DNA from: Clostridia bacterium
Lineage (GTDB): Bacteria; Bacillota; Clostridia; UMGS1883
Length of the DNA: 64,000 nt
NCBI GenBank assembly: GCA_045656645.1
Contig: JAZORN010000080.1
Span: 2,845-66,844, forward strand
Direction of reading: 5' to 3'
Shown in pieces: positions 56,952-64,000 of the stretch. Position numbers and translations under genes: made by a program. The notes beneath the pieces were generated by a model. That model was given only the letters and a program-made list of their open reading frames with translations, searched no databases and had not been told where the DNA came from. Position 1 is the first letter of the stretch, and each line of letters starts with the position of its first letter.

Positions 56952-57323
56952 TTACACCCTCTGCATATATTTAAGCTTCAATTCTTCGATTACATCAGTA
57001 TAGCTTACTTTGCCACTATCAATTCTTTTGAGGTTTTTAATACTTTCTTCGCTAACGGTCATACTCTCTACTGCAAATGTTCCTTTTAGATTTTTTAAAT
57101 TGCTTTCAAAATCGTTAGATGCCATATCTGTTTTATTTCTCCAATCGGTATATTTACCTGATTTAATTCTCGCATCAGCAGGTTTCTCTGCATCTTTTGG
57201 TAAAAGCCAAGCGCCTGCAATTTTCTTTGCGCCAATAATTCTCCCCTCATTACACAAAACGGTAATTCTTCTTACAGAAATTCCCCACATTAAACTTGCT
57301 TCTTTTATTGTTAGTATATCCAT
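56952..57323 (-). CDS. HTH DNA-binding domain fused to VbhA/FicA-like antitoxin domain
   Basis: N-terminal MerR/excisionase-type HTH (LTIKEASLMWGISVRRITVLCNEGRIIGAKK). The C-terminal GTFAVESMTVSEESI fits the inhibitory (S/T)xxxE(G/N) helix except for the last position (Glu at 57066-57068). 2-nt gap to fic. Confidence 0.7.
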   Translation of the reverse strand: MDILTIKEASLMWGISVRRITVLCNEGRIIGAKKIAGAWLLPKDAEKPADARIKSGKYTDWRNKTDMASNDFESNLKNLKGTFAVESMTVSEESIKNLKRIDSGKVSYTDVIEELKLKYMQRV

Positions 57324-57344
57324 TTCAACACCTCATTTATAAAC

Positions 57345-57373
57345 ATTATATACCATAAATAGAATAATGTCAA
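57345..57373 (-). promoter_or_regulatory. consensus promoter upstream of antitoxin-fic-TIR-RT cluster
   Basis: Minus strand: TTGACA (57368-57373), exactly 17 nt, TATAAT (57345-57350). A gaggtg RBS then precedes the ATG at 57323. Confidence 0.6.
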
Positions 57374-57551
57374 TATATTCATAAAATTATGTGGAATTAG
57401 ACAATGATTTTTCGCAGCAAAGGTCAAACAAGAAACATCTGTTACAATGTGCCTTTATATGTCTTTAAAAAGCCACAAAAAAATGTTATAATAATTTTCA
57501 ATACTATCTTTTTGTTGCTTATATTCGTTATATATAGTAGAGATATTAAAT

Positions 57552-58109
57552 ATGAGCGTTCTAATAACGGGAAAGGAGGATTTTGTGGACATTGATTTTT
57601 TACTGATACAGAAAATGAAACGTGGCGACGAAAAAGCATTTGATATATTTGTGCATAAGTATTATGAAAGAATATTACGCTATTGTGCCTATCATTGCCA
57701 AGATGTTTCTTATGCGGAAGATTTAACGCAAGAAACTTTTGTCCGTTTCTTTTCAAAATTATCTGATTACCGTTATATAGGTAAAACCATAAACTATTTA
57801 TATACTATAGCAGGCAATCTTTGTAAGGACTATTTCAAAAAGAAAAAAGAAAGTTTGTTAGATGAACCCTCTGCAGAGGTTGAAGATAAACTAAGTCAAT
57901 CGGACACAGAAAAAATCCTCGATAGAATTACCATTGAAGCTGCGCTAAGGAGTCTGCCCGATGAACTTCGTGAGGTTATTATTCTTTATTATTTTCAAGA
58001 ATTAAAACTTACGGAAATAGCAGATGCCTTAAATATAGGCTTACCATTGGTAAAATATAGACTAAGACAAGCAAAATTGAAATTGGAAAAGTTGCTAAAG
58101 GAGGATTGA
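57552..58109 (+). CDS. ECF-type sigma-70 family RNA polymerase sigma factor
   Basis: Region 2 (YAEDLTQETFVRFF) and region 4 HTH (LKLTEIADALNIGLPLVKYRLRQAK). The true start may be the in-frame GTG at 57585, after aaaggagga. Confidence 0.85.
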   Translation: MSVLITGKEDFVDIDFLLIQKMKRGDEKAFDIFVHKYYERILRYCAYHCQDVSYAEDLTQETFVRFFSKLSDYRYIGKTINYLYTIAGNLCKDYFKKKKESLLDEPSAEVEDKLSQSDTEKILDRITIEAALRSLPDELREVIILYYFQELKLTEIADALNIGLPLVKYRLRQAKLKLEKLLKED

Positions 58110-58113
58110 TTTT

Positions 58114-58878
58114 ATGAGCTTAGATAAAAAGATTAAAGATTATAAAGAATCTATTAACGTGCTTCCCAACGAAGAAAAAATAAAAGATACTGTAACAAAA
58201 TCAATAGATGCATTTTGTTCTGCTCAGCAGCAAAAAATATTAACCTATTGGGAGTTTTTATGGACGCAATTAAAACTTATACAAAAAAAATGGTGGTTTT
58301 TCCAACTGTTGCTCCTTATTGTGTTATGGATTGCATTACCTTCCATGAAAGGTGAACAGTTTATGCCAAAAACACTTGGGGTTATTGCTTCCTTATTCGT
58401 TATTTTAATTATTCCGGAGCTATGGAAAAATAAAACAAATAAATCGATGGAGATAGAATGTACGTCTTATTATTCATTGCGACAGATATATGCAGCAAGG
58501 ATGATGTTATTCGGTATTGTTGATATTGTTTTGATTTCTCTGTTTTGTGTACTTTCTTCTCTTGTATGGGGGATTGTATTTTCAGAACTTTTGGTGCAAT
58601 TTATTCTACCAATGGTAGTAACTTCTTGTATATGTTTTGGTATTTTATGCAGTAAGTATTCATTCAGCGAAACTATTGCTGTAATAATGTGTGTCTTATG
58701 GAGTGCTATATGGCTGCTTGTTGTTTTGAATGAAAATGTATATGTTGCGATTACCTTTCCCTTATGGATTATTTTTCTTGTAATCGCCTTTGCTTTTTTG
58801 GGTTTTACAATCTATCGAACGCTTTTCTACTGTAATAATTATTGGGAGGTACCTTTTTATGGAATTGATGTTAAATAA
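58114..58878 (+). CDS. multi-pass membrane protein, probable anti-sigma/partner of the ECF sigma
   Basis: A cytoplasmic N-terminal ~55 aa followed by about six TM helices. Position immediately after the sigma gene (5-nt gap). No motif recognised. Confidence 0.5.
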   Translation: MSLDKKIKDYKESINVLPNEEKIKDTVTKSIDAFCSAQQQKILTYWEFLWTQLKLIQKKWWFFQLLLLIVLWIALPSMKGEQFMPKTLGVIASLFVILIIPELWKNKTNKSMEIECTSYYSLRQIYAARMMLFGIVDIVLISLFCVLSSLVWGIVFSELLVQFILPMVVTSCICFGILCSKYSFSETIAVIMCVLWSAIWLLVVLNENVYVAITFPLWIIFLVIAFAFLGFTIYRTLFYCNNYWEVPFYGIDVK

Positions 58879-59746
58879 TCTAACAAAAAAATTCGGGGAT
58901 TTTACAGCAGTAAAATCTATTAACATTACTATGACAAACGGTATATATGGATTGTTAGGTGTTAATGGTGCAGGAAAAACGACGCTAATGAGAATGTTAT
59001 GTACTTTATTAAAGCCTACAAAAGGTACTATAACCTGCAATGGTAAAGATATTTTCAAAATGGATGCTGATTACCGAAATTTATTAGGCTATTTGCCGCA
59101 AGATTTTGGTTTTTATCCGGATTTTACTGTAACTGACTATCTTCTTTACATCGCAACAATTAAGGGCATACGACCTGTTGTTGCTAAAAAGAGAACTAAA
59201 GAACTCATATCAAAAGTTGGACTTACTAATGTTACAAACAAGAAAATGAAAAAGCTATCGGGCGGAATGAAGCGACGTGTCGGGATTGCACAAGCAATGT
59301 TAAATGATCCGAAAATACTGATACTTGACGAGCCAACGGCAGGTCTTGATCCCAATGAAAGAATACGATTTAGAAATTTGATTAGTGAGCTTTCAAAGGA
59401 ACGTTTGGTTTTGTTATCTACTCACATTGTTTCAGATATTGAATATATCGCAAATGAAATATGGTTGATGAAAGACGGTGCTATTGTGAATAAAGGCACC
59501 TTACAAGAAACCATAAATTCAATGCCGGAAAAAGTTTGGACTTGTTTTGTCTCAGAGGGAAAACTATCTACAATTACAAAACAATATAAGGTATCTAACA
59601 TTAAATCAGGAGTTAATGGAGCAGAACTACGAATTATATCACCAAGCAAACCTTTTGAAGATGCAGTTTGTGTTGAGCCTACATTAGAAGATGTATTTTT
59701 ATATTATTTTGGAGAAAAGGTTGGTGATGATGGTGCTGCGCTTTGA
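58859..59746 (+). CDS. ABC transporter ATP-binding protein
   Basis: Walker A GVNGAGKTT, signature LSGGMKRR, Walker B ILILDEPTAGLD. ATG at 58859 with a gggaggt RBS. Confidence 0.9.
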   Translation: MELMLNNLTKKFGDFTAVKSINITMTNGIYGLLGVNGAGKTTLMRMLCTLLKPTKGTITCNGKDIFKMDADYRNLLGYLPQDFGFYPDFTVTDYLLYIATIKGIRPVVAKKRTKELISKVGLTNVTNKKMKKLSGGMKRRVGIAQAMLNDPKILILDEPTAGLDPNERIRFRNLISELSKERLVLLSTHIVSDIEYIANEIWLMKDGAIVNKGTLQETINSMPEKVWTCFVSEGKLSTITKQYKVSNIKSGVNGAELRIISPSKPFEDAVCVEPTLEDVFLYYFGEKVGDDGAAL

Positions 59747-60956
59747 GTTGAAAAAAATCTTTTCAAAATCAACTAATAAAATTGTATGTTTAATATTAGC
59801 TATAACATTAGGTGTTATTTGTTACTTTGCTGCAGGATATGTGACGTATGTTGATAGAAACGGAGAAAAAACGTCGGGATTTGTTGCAGCACAATCCTTG
59901 AAAAAAGAGAAAAATCAATGGGCGGGATATATTACCGAAGATGTGTTGACAAAAGTTATTGAAGAAAATACACTCATCAACAATTCCGAAGAATATCTTT
60001 CTAATGATGTAAAAGAAAATGAAAAAGCATATTCAAAAAAACAGGGTTTTTCCGACATAAGAGAAATGATAAATAGAGCATTTTGCAGTTTTCAAGAATA
60101 CAATTATTACCGGGCAGACAACGTCACAAAACAAGAGGTCAGTTCTTTTTATGATAGAAGAACATCCATTTTAAGGGAATGGTTAAATGCCGAAGAACAA
60201 GAACACTATTATTCAGAAAATGAAAAACAATTTTTAATTGAGCAATATGAGAAATTGAAGACGCCTCTCTATTATGAATATGCCGACGGGTGGGAAGCAC
60301 TATTGGAATATGCACCATCAATTATTATGTTATTGATGTTAATTATGGGCTTTTTAGTTTCCGGTATCTTTTCCGATGAAACACAATTAAAAGCAGATTC
60401 TATTTTCTTTTCAACTAAATTGGGAAGAAATAAAGCTATAGTAGCAAAAATAGGAGCAGGAATTATCACAATTACCTTAATTTATTGGATAACTATGTTG
60501 CTATATTCAGGAATTGTATTAACCCTATTAGGATATGACGGAGCTAACTGTGTTATACAGAGCGGATTTGCAAATTGGAAAAGCTTTTATAACATTACTT
60601 ACTTACAAGATTATTTATTGACCGTGTTTGGTGGATATTTAGGAAATTTATTTATCTTAACTTTATCTATGCTTGTATCTGCAAAAACACGCTCAAAAAC
60701 TTTGGCAGTAGCCATACCTTTCATTTTGTTGTTTATACCGTCATTTCTCAACGGAATATCTGTACTATCAGAGGTTTTAGGACTTCTACCAGACCAACTG
60801 TTGCAAATATGTACTGTAATAAAGATGTTTAACTTGTATGAAATCGGAGGGAAAATAGTAGGTTCTGTAAGTATTCTCTTTACAATATATCCAATTCTTC
60901 TTTTTGTTCTTTTGCCTTTTATATATGGTATATATAGAAAGCATCAATGCACTTGA
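59727..60956 (+). CDS. ABC-2-type exporter permease
   Basis: N-terminal TM helix, a large extracytoplasmic loop, then about five C-terminal TM helices. It overlaps the ATPase gene end. Confidence 0.7.
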   Translation: MMVLRFELKKIFSKSTNKIVCLILAITLGVICYFAAGYVTYVDRNGEKTSGFVAAQSLKKEKNQWAGYITEDVLTKVIEENTLINNSEEYLSNDVKENEKAYSKKQGFSDIREMINRAFCSFQEYNYYRADNVTKQEVSSFYDRRTSILREWLNAEEQEHYYSENEKQFLIEQYEKLKTPLYYEYADGWEALLEYAPSIIMLLMLIMGFLVSGIFSDETQLKADSIFFSTKLGRNKAIVAKIGAGIITITLIYWITMLLYSGIVLTLLGYDGANCVIQSGFANWKSFYNITYLQDYLLTVFGGYLGNLFILTLSMLVSAKTRSKTLAVAIPFILLFIPSFLNGISVLSEVLGLLPDQLLQICTVIKMFNLYEIGGKIVGSVSILFTIYPILLFVLLPFIYGIYRKHQCT

Positions 60957-61022
60957 ATATAAATGCAGATCGATAGATATAAGTATTAATTACAAGGGTA
61001 TTATAAACGACATACAAAGAGA

Positions 61023-61053
61023 AAGGTGTAGCTATGAACGGCTACACCTTTTT
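61023..61053. terminator. bidirectional terminator hairpin
   Basis: Stem aaggtgtagc / gctacacctt with T-runs on both strands. It lies between the convergent ABC operon and the helicase-side genes. Confidence 0.7.
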
Positions 61054-61066
61054 AATTTGCTTGATA

Positions 61067-61399
61067 TTATTTGCTTTCTAAAATCAGTTTTCTTGCAAGT
61101 ATAAATAAGCTATTATCCACCGATGGAATATCCCTTGAAAGAGGATCTTTCATATATTCAACATCGGGATTAAAGTTAGGGTTGACTGATTGGTAAATTT
61201 TTATACGGGCTTTGAACTCTGCTTCTGCATAAGTGATTTTGCCGGATTTATAATCTTTAATCACGGGAGCAATGATAACTCTGACTTTTTCAAGATTATT
61301 TGCATAAAACAAGGAGTACAACCTCAATTGGTTATACTCCTTAAATATTCTTTTGTTCAAATTTTCAGCAACCCACAAGCTACTTGATATTATTCCCAC
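61067..61399 (-). CDS. hypothetical 110-aa protein downstream of helicase-nuclease
   Basis: Open frame with a GTG start and no convincing RBS. No recognisable motif. It shares the terminator at 61023-61053 with the helicase gene. Confidence 0.3.
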   Translation of the reverse strand: MGIISSSLWVAENLNKRIFKEYNQLRLYSLFYANNLEKVRVIIAPVIKDYKSGKITYAEAEFKARIKIYQSVNPNFNPDVEYMKDPLSRDIPSVDNSLFILARKLILESK

Positions 61400-61521
61400 T
61401 CTAACTTGACTTGTGTTTCATAGGTGTTATAGGGTGCTTTTGGTGTTATTTCAGGTAAGTTTTTGTTACCATTTTCCACCATTCCCACCATTCCACAACG
61501 AAAGTGTTGTCAAAAGTGTTC

Positions 61522-64000
61522 TCAGAGTGAATCTACCACCGCACATATTTTCGCAATTTCTTGCTTTGGGTTCTTCCACCAATTTGTACTCCATATGCGT
61601 TGGATTCTCCATCCTCTTGATTCCAGATACTTTTGTCTGTGGTAATCACGCTCTCGTGCTGATTTGGAACTGTGATAAAGACGTCCATCACATTCTATAC
61701 CAAGAATGTAATTGCCATTCTTTTTGATAGCAAGGTCAATACTATATCCACCAATACCAACTTGTGTATCAACTTGATACCCTTTCTCAACAAGAGCATC
61801 ATATACTTGATTTTCAAAGTCGCTATCAAAAGATACCGTTTGTCCTGGCGTGCTTTCATCACCGAACGATAACAAAATCTGCTTGGCAGTATCCTCGTCT
61901 TTTTCACTTACAGCAAAAGCGTACTCCAGATATTTTTTCAAGATTCGAGGACCCTCGTTTTTCGTGTCCTCGACTTGAAGTTCGGAAGGATTGATAGATG
62001 TTACTATATGTACTTTTTGCTTTGCTCGGCTTATGGCAACATTCAGTCTGTTTTCTCCACCTTGTTGATTCAGCCAACCAAAGTTTCTAACAATTCTTCC
62101 GTTCTCGTTTTTAGCATAACCGATAGAAAAGATAATTACATCTCGTTCATCACCTTGAACACTTTCGATGTTCTTGACAAACAAACCAATATCTTCTCCG
62201 TCATGCTTTCTTCCGAGTTCGGCTCTAATTCTCGAAGCAAACTCTGGATTTTTCGCACACTCTTCATCAATCAAGTCGTCAATAAGGTCTCTTTGAGTGA
62301 TGTTAAATGTAATAATACCTATAGTTTCATCATTTTTTCTTTCCGCAAAGAAAGTCTTTAACAACTCAACTATATAGCGTGCCTCTTCTGTGTTTGCTCG
62401 ATTAACCCACATACCATTTTCAATTTTATGAACTTCAATAGGCGAACGTTCTGGTTCTTCTGTTTTAGGAGAAACATACAGCCTGCCATTATAAAAAGCA
62501 TAATTTGAAAATGCTATCAGTTCTTCATATTTGGAGCGATAGTGGAAGTTCAACAGTACATCTCTATACTTGAATCTTGCCAAATCCAAAAGGCTTTCTT
62601 CTTCAAGTGCTGCTGAAACCTCTTCGTCCTCACCCAGACTATCTTCATCATATTCAATTCGACCAGCGCCAAGATTTGACGGTCTCAACTGTTTGTGGTC
62701 TCCCGCAATTACAACCTTTTTTGCTCTCAAAATTGAGGGGATTCCTTTTTCAACAAACATTTGTGATGCCTCATCAAATATTACAAGGTCAAAAATTCCT
62801 GTTTGAAGGGGTATGATTTCCGAAACGACTTCGGGAGTCAGCAACCAGATTTTTACACTCTTGAACAACTCGAAATCAAACTTCTTAATAAACTTATTGA
62901 CACTCCACTTGCGTTTGCTTTCTATTGCTCGGAGAATTTCTCCATGTCGTTTAGAGGTGGATATGTTATACATTTCTCCAGAAAGCAACAATTCAAGTTT
63001 TTGCTTGGTCAATTTTTGCTTTTGAGACATTGAATTGCTCATCGCACGAATAATAGTGTCGAAATTGTCAATATCTTGGAACACTTCTCTGTTTTGAGCC
63101 TCGAACTGTCCGATGTGATAATACAGAATTTGATTATACAGCGCATTATTTGAATCCTGAAGTGAGTAATTACACGAACTCTTGATATTCAACATAGAGT
63201 GTAAATAAACTCGTTCTTCTTCGGTCAATCTGTCAAACAATGCTTTTGTCTCTTGATATTCAGTATAGTGGTATGTACTTTCAATCACATCATCGATGCG
63301 TTGTAAGAGGATTTGTCGCAGTTGCTCTGTTGTTGTCGAGAAAAACTCAGTCAATATTGCTGTTGCTGTTTGATTGAGTTTTCCTTTGGTAAATATCTTG
63401 GCAATAAAGTTCTTGTTGTTCCATACTTCAATCTCACCTTTAAGGTCTGTGAGTTTTTGTGCGAGGACAACGATATCGTATTCAGTAAGATTACCTTTCG
63501 TATGGAAAAGCCAATGATATGCCGACATCAACTGAACATACTTGTCCAACTTTCCTGTTGTATTATCATCTGCGAATGCTCGGTGTATTTTATCTACCAT
63601 TTCGTATTTAAGAGAGGTCAATGTCATATCCATTTTCGAGTTTATTATGGTCATTTTCTCTCTTTCGGCAGGGACAGCCAAATCAAACTTCTTGTTCTTT
63701 TGATAGAGTTTGTATGGTTCAATGCCGAACGAACTGGGAGCATATAACTTTTGAGCAATCACTTCAAGTCTTTTCACCAGAACATCAATTTCGCTTGAAA
63801 GACCGTCAAGAGAGATTTTCTCCTCTCCTACGAATCTACCTAACGAAACCATATGATGTAACTGTTTGTAGAACAAGTCCTTGTTTCCAACATCGTCAAT
63901 CAACAGAGCATATTGAGACAGATTTCCCAATCGGGAATATACAACATCAAGAGCTGTCTTTTTTTCCGAAACCATCAATACGGTTTTGTTTTGGCTAACA
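61522..64000 (-). CDS. SF1 Upf1-like helicase fused to C-terminal DUF559/Vsr-like endonuclease domain (N-terminus outside window)
   Basis: Motifs VIFDEASQM (II), VIAGDHKQLRP (III), FHYRS (IV), VQGDERDVIIFS (V), RLNVAISRAK (VI). The C-terminus DLAIKKNGNYILGIECDGRLYHSS...RDYHRQKYLESRGWRIQRIWSTNWW is restriction-endonuclease-like. The frame stays open upstream of 63978 to the window edge. Confidence 0.8.
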   Translation of the reverse strand, partial: VSQNKTVLMVSEKKTALDVVYSRLGNLSQYALLIDDVGNKDLFYKQLHHMVSLGRFVGEEKISLDGLSSEIDVLVKRLEVIAQKLYAPSSFGIEPYKLYQKNKKFDLAVPAEREKMTIINSKMDMTLTSLKYEMVDKIHRAFADDNTTGKLDKYVQLMSAYHWLFHTKGNLTEYDIVVLAQKLTDLKGEIEVWNNKNFIAKIFTKGKLNQTATAILTEFFSTTTEQLRQILLQRIDDVIESTYHYTEYQETKALFDRLTEEERVYLHSMLNIKSSCNYSLQDSNNALYNQILYYHIGQFEAQNREVFQDIDNFDTIIRAMSNSMSQKQKLTKQKLELLLSGEMYNISTSKRHGEILRAIESKRKWSVNKFIKKFDFELFKSVKIWLLTPEVVSEIIPLQTGIFDLVIFDEASQMFVEKGIPSILRAKKVVIAGDHKQLRPSNLGAGRIEYDEDSLGEDEEVSAALEEESLLDLARFKYRDVLLNFHYRSKYEELIAFSNYAFYNGRLYVSPKTEEPERSPIEVHKIENGMWVNRANTEEARYIVELLKTFFAERKNDETIGIITFNITQRDLIDDLIDEECAKNPEFASRIRAELGRKHDGEDIGLFVKNIESVQGDERDVIIFSIGYAKNENGRIVRNFGWLNQQGGENRLNVAISRAKQKVHIVTSINPSELQVEDTKNEGPRILKKYLEYAFAVSEKDEDTAKQILLSFGDESTPGQTVSFDSDFENQVYDALVEKGYQVDTQVGIGGYSIDLAIKKNGNYILGIECDGRLYHSSKSARERDYHRQKYLESRGWRIQRIWSTNWWKNPKQEIAKICAVVDSL

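Overview
This 64-kb chromosomal window comes from a spore-forming anaerobic Firmicute. The gene set is Clostridia-like: an alpha/beta SASP, a ThiH-dependent thiamine pathway, YgiQ, and a bile-salt-hydrolase-like Ntn hydrolase. It is almost fully coding, with about 58 protein genes, and I saw no rRNA, tRNA or CRISPR array.

Positions 1 to about 53,100 are ordinary core genome. They carry potAB, lysA, luxS-mtnN, tex, a split chrA pair, an M18 aminopeptidase, holA, deoB-cdd-pdp, queG-like, comFC, recD2 and metK. They also carry a D-2-hydroxyacid dehydrogenase, a nucleotidyltransferase/phosphomutase fusion, a type IIA topoisomerase B subunit, folD and ygiQ. Further on are rplS-lepB-rbgA-rnhB-yraN, an M19 dipeptidase, topB, a DEDD exonuclease, a LexA-boxed LysM (YneA-like) gene, a SASP, a lipid kinase and a PTS IICBA. 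The core ends with a GGDEF protein, an ECF S-component with a MocR regulator, and a complete thiS-F-G-H-E-D-C operon behind a TPP riboswitch.

From about 53,100 to the window edge the sequence looks more AT-rich by eye (not computed) and is accessory in content. It holds a minus-strand four-gene cluster behind a consensus promoter: HTH-VbhA-like antitoxin, Fic toxin, TIR-domain protein, and a 627-aa AbiA-like reverse transcriptase with a C-terminal HEPN-like motif. Beyond that are an ECF sigma / membrane protein / ABC exporter module and a window-truncated SF1 (Upf1-like) helicase fused to a DUF559/Vsr-like nuclease domain.

The TIR + RT-HEPN pair, possibly together with the Fic module, is my best candidate for an undescribed defence system.

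Other non-genic signals:
- Two copies of a ~180-nt multi-hairpin intergenic element with compensatory stem changes.
- Two copies of a 64-bp element with a tandem 14-mer, both next to topoisomerase genes.
- A ~175-bp long-armed palindromic element.
- An orphan consensus promoter with a candidate small RNA.

All family assignments come from motif recognition by eye. No searches were run.
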